A stretch of DNA of 64,000 nucleotides from Ignavibacteriota bacterium (GCA_963811705.1 CAWESL010000008.1:454673-518672); one strand, 5' to 3'. Positions 10,001-20,466 are shown, counted from the first letter of the stretch. The notes: a model not told the origin generated them from the sequence alone. Numbers and translations: made by a program.

Positions 10001-10574
10001 ATGGCGTTTCATAGTGTCGATGAAATCCTGCGTCAGAAGCATGCAACCTATCATGAGATCTGCGTGCGCCTTGCCGGCGTGACGCCGAACCAGGCGAAAT
10101 TCCCTCCCCCGCAGGGAGGGTGGTCGATTGCCGAAGTTCTCGAGCATGTTAATATTGTTGAGCGTCAGATGCTCACGGTGATCGTCAAGCTCACCAAGAA
10201 GACCGAGGACGAACAACAAACCGCTCGCGGAAGGTGCGATGACGCCGGTGTCACTCCAGAGTGTCATCGATCGAAGCAAAACAGAGAAATACCAAGCAAG
10301 CGAATCCGCGCTCCCGACCGGCACGATCAGCGTTGACGTTTCACTCAAAAATCTTCAGGACGTCGAGGATCAACTCGATGGGCTGCGTGCCAGACTCGAA
10401 TCGATCGACTTGACGCACGCCGTTTTTCCGAACCGGTTCTTCGGGCCGCTCACTCTCGGGGAATGGCTCGCGTTCGTGGAAGTCCATGAGCGCCGGCACC
10501 TGGGTCAGATCGAGTCCATCATCGCGTCGCCCGGTTTCGCCGAACTTGGAAGTCAAACCAGGATAGCAGGATGA
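10001..10574 (+). pseudogene. DinB/YfiT-like four-helix metalloprotein, frameshifted near 10230
   Basis: First frame gives GWSIAEVLEHV; second frame (10239-10574) gives FGPLTLGEWL..HERRHLGQI; real lesion or sequencing indel. Confidence 0.75.
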
Positions 10575-11056
10575 GGCTCTGGTCACTGCATCCACAATAC
10601 CTTGATGCGAAAGGGCTCGTTGCCGCGTGGCGCGAAGCTCTCCTTGCTCAAAAGGTGTTGGAGGGTAAAACCAGAGGATATCGCAATCACCCTCAGCTCA
10701 TCCGGTTCAAGAAGACCAGGCTTCCTGTAGCCGCCATCGGAATGTTCCTCGAGGAAATCGCGCGGGAAGGAGAGCGCCGTGGCTACAATTTCGATCGGTC
10801 CAAGATTCGGTCCGCTGACGGCAGTCGGCTGATGAAAATCGTCGTTTCTGGAGAGCAGGCCGAGTATGAATTCGAGCTTCTCAAGTCGAAACTATGGATG
10901 CGGGATCGGCAAAAGTTAAAGGAACTGCGACGGGTACAGCGCGTTCGGTTAAACGGCATCTTCAGACGCAAGAGCGGAGGAATTGAAGCGTGGGAAAGAG
11001 TCATCCCGCGGATTGCGCTGGCGATGTATTCGTGGAAGTCGGGGATTGATCGCTGA
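10571..11056 (+). CDS. Pyrimidine-dimer DNA glycosylase/endonuclease V family protein
   Basis: MRLWSLHPQYLDAKGLVAAWREALLAQKVL..GYRNHPQL signature. Confidence 0.85.
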   Translation: MRLWSLHPQYLDAKGLVAAWREALLAQKVLEGKTRGYRNHPQLIRFKKTRLPVAAIGMFLEEIAREGERRGYNFDRSKIRSADGSRLMKIVVSGEQAEYEFELLKSKLWMRDRQKLKELRRVQRVRLNGIFRRKSGGIEAWERVIPRIALAMYSWKSGIDR

Positions 11057-11132
11057 CGTTTTCCCGGCCCACCCCGGAAGCGCAGCGCTCCCAATCACTG
11101 GAGTGCGCATGAGAATCAAGCAATCGGGAACC

Positions 11133-11546
11133 ATGAGACAGCTTCCGTGGCGGGTCGCTGCAATCCTCATGGCGACCGCATGGTGCATCGGGTGCCATCA
11201 CGGCGAACGAGGGGTTCTCGTCATCGCGAACGAGACCGGGAAGGATCTGTTCTGCCTTTGGACGATTGCTCCCAGGGATAGTGTCCGGGAGATGCTCGTC
11301 GCGCCAACGGAGGATTCGCTCAAGCTTGGCATCGTCAAGGATGGTGATGAGATTTCTGTCGCGCTCCCGCCGGGATATGCTGCAACGGATCGCATATCCA
11401 TACGGCTATATTCTCTGGATGCGACAGGCTCACCGCGGCGATACCGACTCGAGAGTCTGACGATGACATCGGTCCAACATCTCGAAGCAGTCAACTGGAG
11501 TCCCGTCGTCATCAAAAATGTCGAAGCAAGTATGAACAAACGTTAG
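11133..11546 (+). CDS. Hypothetical lipoprotein
   Basis: Hydrophobic leader ending ...WCIGC; same strand as neighbours; start uncertain. Confidence 0.55.
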   Translation: MRQLPWRVAAILMATAWCIGCHHGERGVLVIANETGKDLFCLWTIAPRDSVREMLVAPTEDSLKLGIVKDGDEISVALPPGYAATDRISIRLYSLDATGSPRRYRLESLTMTSVQHLEAVNWSPVVIKNVEASMNKR

Positions 11547-11610
11547 GTGAATTCTCTCGTTTACCTGCCATTTAGGCCTTAGTCCTGGTCATCGCATCCC
11601 TCCGCGAAGA

Positions 11611-11639
11611 TTGACAATCCTCGTTCTCGTATCTATATT
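11611..11639 (+). promoter_or_regulatory. Sigma70-type promoter
   Basis: TTGACA-17 bp-TATATT, 76 bp upstream of the 11715 start. Confidence 0.6.
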
Positions 11640-11714
11640 TCTGAACATTCGAATCCTTGCCGAAGCACCGTCGCATCGCTCTTCCATTTTCCCTGGAAAT
11701 CAACTACTGCTACT

Positions 11715-12134
11715 ATGGAAACTCCTGTCCTGTCCGACCCGGACGTATTCCCTACCGACCAAGTTCTCTCTGCTCATCTCAGGAAAGCGAGGGCCTCGTT
11801 CGTTTCCCTGTTCGACTACAATCACAAGACTTTCCCCGAATTCGAAGAGCGGTGGAGGTTCTACAACGACGGGAAGAGCTGGTTGATGAATGTGTCGAGG
11901 AAGAAGAAGACCCTCTTCTGGCTTGCTGTAATGGACGGAGCCTTCCGCACGACATTCTACCTGAATCCCCGCGCAGCGGATTGTGTGCCTGCCAGCAAAA
12001 TCCCGAAGGAGCTCAAGGCACGGTTCAAAGAAACCGAGGGAAAGAAGTTCAGGGGAATCACGGTCGTGATCACGAAGAAGAAGGATGTGGAGATTTACAA
12101 AGAACTGCTCACCTTGAAGATGGCGACACTGTAA
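11715..12134 (+). CDS. DUF3788 family protein
   Basis: WRFYNDGKSWL...KKKTLFWL...FRTTFY pattern. Confidence 0.7.
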   Translation: METPVLSDPDVFPTDQVLSAHLRKARASFVSLFDYNHKTFPEFEERWRFYNDGKSWLMNVSRKKKTLFWLAVMDGAFRTTFYLNPRAADCVPASKIPKELKARFKETEGKKFRGITVVITKKKDVEIYKELLTLKMATL

Positions 12135-12166
12135 CTCTCGTCCTCACGCATCGCATGGAGAGCGCC

Positions 12167-12775
12167 ATGGCCACCCGAACAACAAAGAGGGACCTTGCGG
12201 AACTTGCCTCAGGGAATCCCCGGAAAAAATATCGACGGGCGAAGGAGTGCGTTGCTATCGCGCGGACCCACCCGCGGCAACTCTATCCCTACCTCGGCTT
12301 TTTCGTAGACCTGATGAGGAATGACAACAACATTCTGAAGTGGACCGCGATCGATGTTGTGGGATATCTTTCACAAGTGAATACCGGCCGTCAGGTACGT
12401 CAATGTCTGACGTGTCTCTCGGCGTTTCTCAGCGGTGGGAAACTCATCTCGGCGAACCACGCAATCGGTGCGCTGTCCCATGTCGCGCTCGCCCGACCGA
12501 AGTACCAGGACAGGATAACGCAGGAACTTCTGAGTGTCGAGTGCTATTCGTATGAGACGGACGAATGCCGGAATATCGTCCTGGGGAAAGTCATTGACGC
12601 GTTCGGATCGTTGCTCGATCATGTGTATGCAAATGTTCAGGTCCTGGGTTTTGTGTCGCGGCAGCTAAAGAACAGCCGGGCGGGAACGCGAAAGAAAGCG
12701 GAACGATTTCTGAGGAGTGTCGAGAGGGCGACGGGAGGCGGTCGACGGGCCGATAGTGGGCTCAGGTTTTCATGA
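12167..12775 (+). CDS. Hypothetical all-helical (HEAT/ARM-like) protein
   Basis: GGAG RBS; helical pattern (P..LYPY..FF..L, ECRNIVLGKVI). Confidence 0.65.
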   Translation: MATRTTKRDLAELASGNPRKKYRRAKECVAIARTHPRQLYPYLGFFVDLMRNDNNILKWTAIDVVGYLSQVNTGRQVRQCLTCLSAFLSGGKLISANHAIGALSHVALARPKYQDRITQELLSVECYSYETDECRNIVLGKVIDAFGSLLDHVYANVQVLGFVSRQLKNSRAGTRKKAERFLRSVERATGGGRRADSGLRFS

Positions 12776-13254
12776 CACACGCGGAGCCCCGAATGTTCAG
12801 CACCCGAGATGGGACCGGGACAACAACCGTCGAGGCGCAGATCGTTGACATGGTAAACCGCGAGACCAATGCCTGGAATGAGTGCGACGCCGAAGCGCTG
12901 GTTTCGCTCTTCCACCCCGATATGGTTTGGGCCTGGCCAAAGGATGAACATGCCCACGATCCTGTGGACTGGGTTTGCCCGTTGGGGCGCTACGACAAGG
13001 GGCGTTGGAAAGCCGGATGGTGTCGACTCTTCGACACGTATGCGCTCGAGCACAATCGTCGGGACATTGTGAAAATCACCGTGACTTCCGAGGGGGATGG
13101 AGCATTTGCGGTGGTCGATGTTGACACCCTCTGGCGGCATCGGACGACGCGAGAACCATTTCATTGGAAGGGACGGGCGTGCAAGATCTACACGAAGGTC
13201 GGGAGCGGTTGGAAGCTCATAGCGCACACCGGACTTCTCCATTACCCAAGGTGA
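12772..13254 (+). CDS. NTF2-like/SnoaL-like family protein
   Basis: AWNECDAEALVSLFHPD...GWKLIAHTG; ATGA overlap with the upstream gene. Confidence 0.75.
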   Translation: MTHAEPRMFSTRDGTGTTTVEAQIVDMVNRETNAWNECDAEALVSLFHPDMVWAWPKDEHAHDPVDWVCPLGRYDKGRWKAGWCRLFDTYALEHNRRDIVKITVTSEGDGAFAVVDVDTLWRHRTTREPFHWKGRACKIYTKVGSGWKLIAHTGLLHYPR

Positions 13255-13259
13255 CCCCG

Positions 13260-13715
13260 ATGATTCCCGGTGCTCGGTATGTCCATACGAATCTGATTGC
13301 CTTTGACTGGAGGAACCTCGCACGATTTTACAGTGAAGTGTTTGGGTGTACACCCGTCCCCCCCGAGCGGCACTACGCCGGGCCCGCCCTCGAGCGCGGG
13401 ACCGCCGTTACAGGTGCGCGTTTGGACGGGATTCATCTCACATTGCCTGGATACGAAGGCGGTGGCCCGACCCTGGAGATCTATACCTATTCCATCGTGG
13501 CAGACAGTTCTCACCCGGCGGTCAATAGGCCGGGGTACGCTCACATAGCGTTCGCCGTTGATGACGTCGAGCGGGCCCGACAATCGGTGCTTGATGCGGG
13601 CGGGAGAGGCGTGGGGGATGTTGTAACGCTTCGCACGGCAACCGGGTCGGCCGTTACCTGGTGTTACGTCGCTGATCCCGAAGGAAACATCCTCGAGCTT
13701 CAACGATGGGGTTGA
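13260..13715 (+). CDS. VOC/glyoxalase family protein
   Basis: YVHTNL..FY..VFG, GYAHIAFAVDDV, YVADPEGNILEL. Confidence 0.9.
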   Translation: MIPGARYVHTNLIAFDWRNLARFYSEVFGCTPVPPERHYAGPALERGTAVTGARLDGIHLTLPGYEGGGPTLEIYTYSIVADSSHPAVNRPGYAHIAFAVDDVERARQSVLDAGGRGVGDVVTLRTATGSAVTWCYVADPEGNILELQRWG

Positions 13716-13736
13716 CCATGCGAATCGACCGGGACC

Positions 13737-14336
13737 TCATTCACGGAAGACGAGATGATGGGGGAGTTCGGGTGCGTTCACGTTGAGAGCCGCCAGGAAA
13801 GAGGGATCGGTCCGGTCTCGATCGAGCTGGAACAGGAGCGGCTCGGTCGTAAGAAACGATTGCGCGGGCTTTCCAACATAGGACCCGCAACTGCTGTAGA
13901 TCCATTCTTCGGGGTTTTTGACAAGTCCGGCATTGGAGGGATTAAGGTGAATGTACCGGGCAATCTGGAGGCAGCTATCGTCTTCACGCGCGACCTTCAT
14001 GCGGTAGCGTCCTTCGAAGAGGTGGCCGGTCCGAGAGAGCGAATGATTGACATGCTTGGCGTATTCTCCACAGACTGCTTCCATGAAGGCAGAGATGCCA
14101 AACGCCTTCAGTTGTTTGATCAGCATATGGAAATGGTTTGGCATGAGGCAGAAGGCCATGATTGATGCTTCTGCAGGGTTTAGGAAATGGTTCACGAAGT
14201 CGAGGAACTTCGTGTAGAACTTGTCAGACCGATAGATCACTTGTCGGTCGACTCCCCGGTTGTAGACATGGAACGCGCGGCCGGTAAGTCTCACCATTTC
14301 TTGTCGTGTGAATGACTTTCTATGTCCTCGGTTCAT
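13737..14336 (-). mobile_element. REP-associated tyrosine transposase (RAYT, Y1 HUH family)
   Basis: FHVYNRG, CLMPNHFH (HUH), GHLFEGRY, YIHLNP (catalytic Tyr), W.YSS; four REP-like palindromes directly upstream; start uncertain. Confidence 0.88.
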
Positions 14337-14499
14337 GGGATCCACCTTTTCATGAATATGGAGAGTGGCGTGAATTGTAGAGTATGGCGGCGGGAGCATC
14401 TCGTTGTCGAATTCGGCGGGGTCCGGTGAGTTGGCGGAGCGGAAGAGAGAGCCTACATAGTATATACTTTGCAGGGAAGTGTTTTCCGAAGCCAAGTGT

Positions 14500-14693
14500 A
14501 AAAAAAGTGGCAGGCTAGGCAACCTCTTTTCTGAGCGTCGAAAAAGTAGGTTGCCTAAGCAACCATCTTAATCTTGGTGCCGTTGACTCAAAATTGGCTT
14601 ATCTGAGGCGTATTGATCAGGAAAAACATGGCAGCCTAAGCAACCATGTTTTTCGAGACCCAAAAACATGGCAGCTTAGGCAACCATGTTTCT
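14500..14693 (+). repeat. REP-like palindrome cluster 2 (4 copies) upstream of RAYT
   Basis: Cores at 14509, 14549, 14630, 14670; the 14630 copy extends to GAAAAACAT...ATGTTTTTC. Confidence 0.9.
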
Positions 14694-14721
14694 TACACGT
14701 TGGACTCCCGAAGGCGCCCAA

Positions 14722-15216
14722 ATGCCTGCCGAAGATATTCACATCGCAAAACTCCCCGCCATCCGCGTCGCGAGCGCCTATGGGTTCGGCTGCCAGCCGG
14801 AAGAATATGCATGGAACCAACTCGTCCGGTGGGCTCAACCGAAAGGACTTCTCGAGGATCTCCGGGCTCATCCAATTTTTGGCTTCAATAATCCGTACCC
14901 GACTCCGGAGTCGCCGAAGTACGGTTACGTCTTCTGGATTGGCGTGGATGGCACTGTGGAGCCTGAAGGGAACATACGAATCGAAGAGTTTTTCGGCGGC
15001 TCGTATGCTGTTGCCCGATGTGAGGTGCTAGGAGACCCGGGCGGACGCATACCCGCACAATGGAGGTCCCTCACCGAATGGTGCCGGCAGAACAATCATG
15101 CGATGGGAAAACATCCAGCTCTCGAGCAATACCTCTCGCGTCCCGACGACATCGCCCATCTCGTCATGAATCTCTGTTGCCCGATTATCGAGGAGGTGCC
15201 CGCCGTCGCGAGATAA
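14722..15216 (+). CDS. GyrI-like small-molecule-binding (AraC effector) domain protein
   Basis: PEEYAWNQL..WA, FGFNNP, GGSYAV..C, W..L..W, LEQY pattern. Confidence 0.8.
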   Translation: MPAEDIHIAKLPAIRVASAYGFGCQPEEYAWNQLVRWAQPKGLLEDLRAHPIFGFNNPYPTPESPKYGYVFWIGVDGTVEPEGNIRIEEFFGGSYAVARCEVLGDPGGRIPAQWRSLTEWCRQNNHAMGKHPALEQYLSRPDDIAHLVMNLCCPIIEEVPAVAR

Positions 15217-15267
15217 CCCGCGCCTACAGCGCAGAAGAAGCCGCATCGCTCGGGAAGAGCTGACTCC

Positions 15268-15405
15268 ATGAGCTTCGAAGAAGTGATGTTGCAATATATC
15301 GGCGGCCCGACGCTCCTTATCCGCGTGGCAGGACTCAACATCCTGTCCGACCCGACGTTCGATGCTGCCGGCAAAGGTGATCGACTGATCTGGGTAGTCT
15401 CTTAA
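15268..15405 (+). pseudogene. N-terminal remnant of an MBL-fold metallo-hydrolase
   Basis: MSFEEVMLQYIGGPTLLIRVAGLNILSDPTFDAAG then stop after 45 aa, before the HxHxDH motif. Confidence 0.6.
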
Positions 15406-15419
15406 CGCAGGAACTTCCG

Positions 15420-15770
15420 ATGCTCTCCTATTGCGGTTTGGAATGCAGCACCTGCCCCATTCATCTGGCGACACTGGAGACCGAGCCCGTACGACAGTAT
15501 TCGATGCGCGTCGCCATCGCGAATCGGTGCACCGAAGTCTACGGTATGCCGATGAACCCGGAAGACATTACCGATTGCGACGGATGTACACTCCTGTCGG
15601 GACGTTTGTTCTCCGGCTGCGCGAAATGCGAGATCCGGCGCTGCGCTGGCGCCAGGAATCTTCTCACATGCGCGTATTGTCCTGACTACCCTTGTGCAGC
15701 CCTTCGCGCCCGGTTCACATCAGATCCCGGCGCACGGGTACAGTTGGAGAAGATGCGTTCATCGCAGTAA
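15420..15770 (+). CDS. DUF3795 Cys-rich (Fe-S/Zn) protein
   Basis: YCGLECSTCP...CDGC...C..CEIRRCA...TCAYCPDYPC. Confidence 0.8.
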   Translation: MLSYCGLECSTCPIHLATLETEPVRQYSMRVAIANRCTEVYGMPMNPEDITDCDGCTLLSGRLFSGCAKCEIRRCAGARNLLTCAYCPDYPCAALRARFTSDPGARVQLEKMRSSQ

Positions 15771-15943
15771 CACCATCGAACGGGATTCGACAAAACTCCC
15801 CGCCGTCAATTTGTAGAAGGACACCCCGCTCGCGAGCTTCCTCCCGTCGAGCTTCACTTCGTACGTCCCCGCGGGCTGACTTTCGTTTACCAGCGTCGCC
15901 ACCTCCCGCCCGAAATGGGAGGGGGAGATGAGGAGGGCCGGAG

Positions 15944-15978
15944 GAATTAAGAATTAAGAACGAAGAATTCAGAATTCT
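15944..15978. repeat. Heptamer tandem repeat (GAATTAA-like x5)
   Basis: GAATTAA GAATTAA GAACGAA GAATTCA GAATTCT. Confidence 0.7.
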
Positions 15979-16066
15979 TAGTTCAATCAGCTTTAGAGGG
16001 CTCGGGGACTTTGGGACTCTGTGAGAATCCGAGACTATGAGACAAGTGGAGAAAAGCGCGCTCCCG

Positions 16067-18862
16067 TCAACGAACCAAGAGCATCTTCCGAACCGCGGAG
16101 AATGACCCTGCAGTCAAGCGATAGAAGTACACCCCACTTGCCAGATTCGCTCCGGTAAATGTAAACGAGTATCTCCCTGCGGGATAGCGGCCGCTCGCCA
16201 GCGTCGATACCTGACGGCCGAGAACGTCGTAGACAACAAGCCGAACATCACTGGTCACTGACCACTGTCCACTGATCACTGTATTCGGATTGAATGGATT
16301 CGGAAAGTTTTGTTCAAGGTTGAACGATCGCGGCAATGCTGACGTCGCGGGCCGCACCTCCGTAAGGCTGAAGTACCCGGCGCTCGTTGCCGCCGCGATG
16401 CTCATCGGATACGCGACGACATCATGCGACCAGATTTCCACGTACTCACCGTCGTTCAGAGCGCCGTTCTTCAGAAGCCGGAAGTACGCCCCGGTGGGGC
16501 CATCCGGATCGCACGAGCCGGGGCCGTTTCCATCACAGCCTGCACCAATCCCGCCGTGCTTGTTGCTCTGCCAGCCAATGAAATCAGAGTATTGCGCAGC
16601 CAGGCTGTTGACTTCCGGCAATGTTGCGTTGTCGTCAAGCATGTCTGCCTGAAGCTGGACCCTCCCGGGCGCGATCGCGGAAACCGCTTTCACAATCTGT
16701 CCCACGACGTACCCGACGCTGTCGCCAGTGAAGTTCGGAAAGTCGATACCCTTGCTCCCGGGAGGAAGAATGCTCAGCCCGAGAAAGCGATCGGGGAACG
16801 CCTGCGCAAACGAGGTTGCGATTGCAGCAAATCCGTTCACCACCGCAGAATCCGAATAGCCGAGACTCTTCCACCGGGCCGTGTCGGCATCCGTGATGAT
16901 CGTAGGGTAGGCCGGCCTTCCGTCCGGGCAGGTGGATGTGTCGGTGGAAACGGGGCGCGGATATCCCGACGGCAGCCGGAGTTCTTCATCATAGACGCTG
17001 AGCCCCGGGATGTGAACTAGCGTCAGCGATCCGTAAACGCCGGTTTGCTGCAGATGGGCAGACAGGGCGTACGCGGCCGCTCTCCAGAATTCCTGTATGT
17101 TCGGATTCCATGGGAGCAGAATATAGGCGCTGATCCCCCTGCTGACCTCGCCTCCGATCGTCCAAACGTCAAAGAGGGGAGCACTGTTCGCCCCCGCAAG
17201 CGTGAGGAACCCGGCAGGCAATGAATGCAGATAGGTGGTTGAGGATTGATAGGCGGTCTCCAGCTCGAGGGAAAACTTCTTTCCATGCGAGACGGCGATC
17301 TGCACAAGGGAATCGAGGTAGCTCCATTCCCAATTGAACTGCCCCCACGTTGTAATGTTCGGGAGGATCTTCGCGATCGGAACGAAAATCGCGTGTCCGG
17401 CGACGTCATTTTGGTAGGCCATCGAAGTCGTCAATCCTGAAGCATAGGCCTGCGCCGCTGGTCGCTCATTGCTGTTTTCATCCATGACGTAAATACCGCG
17501 AGGTCGAGGGATCCCCGATGTGTCGGCAAGAGGAGTGCGTTGAATGGACGCCTGCATGATGACTTGCGTATATGGGTTCCAGGTATCCATCGTGAAGAAG
17601 AATGTCGAGGTTCCCTTCGACACGTCCCCCGTCGTCAGGCGCGAAATGAAATACGGCCCGTAATCACCGCCGGGGTCCGACATGCGATCAGGGCCGGCAA
17701 GACTGTCACACGGAGTGGGATTTTGCGAGCTGACGGCGCGATGGATAAAGAAGCAATACCCGGCGTCTCGAGTCGGATTGAAAATCGTTTGTGGTTCGCT
17801 CCAGGGCCCCCAAGGACGCTCCGCCGTGCGCATGTAAATGCCTCGCGGGTTTTTGGGGGTATCGTTCAGGCAATTGTAGAGCATGACCCATCGCTGGACA
17901 TACGGATTCCAGTCAACCCCGAGCTCGCCCATTCCGTCAGCCACCTGCATCGTGCCGCCGGGACCTGGCAGCGAATCGTGGAAGAGCGGCACCGCGCCAG
18001 CCTCACTCGTCGTGAAGACGGGAGAACCGTCCGGATCGACAGCGTGCAAGTATTCAATTGCGGTCGAGTCGGCCATGGAACCCGCAGGTTTTCGTGCAAG
18101 GAAGACCGCACTCTTTCGATAGAGAGAATCTCCCTGGGTTCCCCAGAAATACAAATACCCATCCTGGCCGCGGCCGATTGCGGTGTTGATGAACTTCGCT
18201 CCCGGCTCGCGTGAAAAACTGTAGAGATAGTGGAAGGTGTTCGCATCGTCGTCAGACACGGCCACGACGGTTCTCGCCGGGTAACCGAGCGGCTCAGGAG
18301 GGGATGCGGTGTCTGTCGGATTGTCGGTCCCAAAGATCACAAACATTCTTCCACCATCGCTGATCCCGGAGACTGGACTCTCGTTCGTCCGAAGATGAAT
18401 CGCCGGTTGACCGAGGGCATTTAGGACGACCGGGTTTTTGTAGGCTCCAATAGAGTCGGTGATGAAGTCCAGGCGGAAGCATGGTCCCGCACTGGAATCG
18501 GACACGTACCCGATCGCATCGTTGTCAAAGTACTGGCGAGGCAAATCCGTTTGGCTGTTCGGATGGCCGTTGAATTTGTCCGTCGGGTGCGTATCCCCGA
18601 AGAGGAAAAATAACTTTCCATGATGTTCAAACGAGTACCCATGGTCAGCGCGGACAAGTCCGTACCGTGTTTGCGTCATACTCATCGTCGGCTGATGGAA
18701 TTCGAGATCGGTGTCGCCGGTGACCTGGCAGACCTTTTGGATTGAGCCCGGCACGAAGAGGACGGATCCGGAGTGTCCCGGCAGGCTGGAGTTGTCGCCG
18801 GACGAAGCTGAAGAAGGCACCACCACGAAGAGCATGGCAAGCGGAAGAAGAAGAGATTTCAT
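16067..18862 (-). CDS. T9SS-secreted protein: DUF4185-like domain + putative glycoside-hydrolase barrel + C-terminal sorting domain
   Basis: Signal peptide; LFGDT, PWGPWSEP, GGDYGPY; second domain GQFNWEWSYLDSLV..GKK; LEQNFPNPFNP...SGVYFYRL CTD. Confidence 0.75.
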   Translation of the reverse strand: MKSLLLPLAMLFVVVPSSASSGDNSSLPGHSGSVLFVPGSIQKVCQVTGDTDLEFHQPTMSMTQTRYGLVRADHGYSFEHHGKLFFLFGDTHPTDKFNGHPNSQTDLPRQYFDNDAIGYVSDSSAGPCFRLDFITDSIGAYKNPVVLNALGQPAIHLRTNESPVSGISDGGRMFVIFGTDNPTDTASPPEPLGYPARTVVAVSDDDANTFHYLYSFSREPGAKFINTAIGRGQDGYLYFWGTQGDSLYRKSAVFLARKPAGSMADSTAIEYLHAVDPDGSPVFTTSEAGAVPLFHDSLPGPGGTMQVADGMGELGVDWNPYVQRWVMLYNCLNDTPKNPRGIYMRTAERPWGPWSEPQTIFNPTRDAGYCFFIHRAVSSQNPTPCDSLAGPDRMSDPGGDYGPYFISRLTTGDVSKGTSTFFFTMDTWNPYTQVIMQASIQRTPLADTSGIPRPRGIYVMDENSNERPAAQAYASGLTTSMAYQNDVAGHAIFVPIAKILPNITTWGQFNWEWSYLDSLVQIAVSHGKKFSLELETAYQSSTTYLHSLPAGFLTLAGANSAPLFDVWTIGGEVSRGISAYILLPWNPNIQEFWRAAAYALSAHLQQTGVYGSLTLVHIPGLSVYDEELRLPSGYPRPVSTDTSTCPDGRPAYPTIITDADTARWKSLGYSDSAVVNGFAAIATSFAQAFPDRFLGLSILPPGSKGIDFPNFTGDSVGYVVGQIVKAVSAIAPGRVQLQADMLDDNATLPEVNSLAAQYSDFIGWQSNKHGGIGAGCDGNGPGSCDPDGPTGAYFRLLKNGALNDGEYVEIWSHDVVAYPMSIAAATSAGYFSLTEVRPATSALPRSFNLEQNFPNPFNPNTVISGQWSVTSDVRLVVYDVLGRQVSTLASGRYPAGRYSFTFTGANLASGVYFYRLTAGSFSAVRKMLLVR

Positions 18863-19429
18863 CGGGCGCTCCGGTTCTATCTATCAAATGCTCATCCCCC
18901 CCGGCGTGGTTAACGATTTTGGGAAGGAGAGAGTTCAATTCTCCGCCCGGCATACGGTGCCTGAGCTCTGATAAAATCGTAACTGCAACCGCAAATCAGC
19001 AATAGACTTAGCGTAACAGGATACATTCCTCAGGTCCGAAACCAGGCTGCCAAAACCGCCATGTCGTTCCGACCGAAACATGGCGTCGCCCTGGTCGAAC
19101 TTTTGCCCCGCGGCGGGAGTTATGCAATACCGAAGGACAGGGTCCACGAACCACAAGGACCTCGAGGTTGTCGACGCATTCTCTGAATCTTACGACCTGT
19201 AAAGAATGGCCTTGTTCCATGCCCGCGTTGGTAAGGAACTCAGCGTTCTCGTCAAGCGTCCTGGATACGTGGAGAAGATCTTCTCCAGGGGGAGTATTGT
19301 GGGGGTAACGTACGTCTTGGCTGATCCACAGGTGGCCGGTCAATTTCTTGCCTCCTCCCTCCGATCGAGTTTGATCGTCAGCGAAGGATTTGACTGTCAG
19401 TTCCGGAGACTCAAGAAAGGTGGACTCGA

Positions 19430-19906
19430 ATGTTTAGAGTGCATGAGCGTGTAACCTCGGCTTCGGCGAGAGAGGGTCTTGCCCCGCTGCTCATCCGATT
19501 AATTGTCGGCTGCGTCTTTCTCTCAGAAGGAATTCAGAAATTCCTGTTTGCTGAAGCGCTTGGGGTGGGACGATTCAGGACGATCGGCATTCCAGCACCC
19601 GAAGTCATGGCCCCATTTGTCGGGCTCGTCGAAACTGTATGCGGGGCTCTCGTCGTCATTGGGCTCTTCACGCAACTCGCTTCGATCCCGCTGCTCATCA
19701 ATATCAGTGTTGCCATCGGAACCACGAAGATTCCGATGCTGCTGCACAAAGGCTTTTGGGCCATGGCACACGAAGCGAGAGTTGACTTTTCCATGTTCCT
19801 CGGTTCGATTTTCCTCATTATCGTCGGAGGTGGACTGTGGTCTCTCGATTCCTTCATCGCGCGCCGGCGTAGTTCGCGGGTCGAAAACGGCAAATCCACT
19901 GGGTAG
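19430..19906 (+). CDS. DoxX family membrane protein
   Basis: LLIRLIVG.VF.SEGIQK, E..CG...IGL.T, GGGLWSLD; start uncertain. Confidence 0.88.
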   Translation: MFRVHERVTSASAREGLAPLLIRLIVGCVFLSEGIQKFLFAEALGVGRFRTIGIPAPEVMAPFVGLVETVCGALVVIGLFTQLASIPLLINISVAIGTTKIPMLLHKGFWAMAHEARVDFSMFLGSIFLIIVGGGLWSLDSFIARRRSSRVENGKSTG

Positions 19907-20149
19907 CCTTCCAGTTCCGTCTGCTATGACACGTGACCTTCGTTCGGATTTCTTTCTTCCTCTCCTGATCCCAAGAATCAGTATCCCCGGAACATTTTCT
20001 CTCGACTGTCGGTTTGAAAGCAATCCCCCCTCTTTCCACTATCAGGCGGGGCGACAGCCAAAAGTCGGAAACGCTGCAGGAGTGATCGGGAAACCGGGCG
20101 AATCCGGAGACACCGTAGCATACCGAACACAAGACTTGATGAGAGAATC

Positions 20150-20458
20150 ATGAAAGCTGTTGCGACAATTCTCCGTTGCGCAATCTGCATCGCTGATCCT
20201 GCAGGTTTCGGACAGGAAATCCCTCCCACGCCTCGTCACAAAGGTCGTGAGCATCGCGCGCCACATGCAAACAATGCGCTTCATCGTTCGCGCGGCAAGT
20301 TGGACGGCAGCACCGGTATGCCCTCGGGGAAACATGGCGCAGGGAAGAACTCGACGGGTGGCGGAAGCGGCTCGACGGACAGAATCACCGGCATGCCTTC
20401 CGGCAAGATTCTTCGGCATCCTCCTCGCATCAGGCATATTGGTGGAGGAAAAATGTGA
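20150..20458 (+). CDS. Small basic Gly/His-rich hypothetical protein
   Basis: GAGAGA upstream, signal-like N-terminus, TGMPSGK repeated twice. Confidence 0.45.
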   Translation: MKAVATILRCAICIADPAGFGQEIPPTPRHKGREHRAPHANNALHRSRGKLDGSTGMPSGKHGAGKNSTGGGSGSTDRITGMPSGKILRHPPRIRHIGGGKM

Positions 20459-20466
20459 TCGGCTTC

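Noticed and set aside
18900-19430. Short ORFs between the T9SS gene and DoxX
   Set aside because: No convincing frame; possibly a decayed gene, but I cannot assign it
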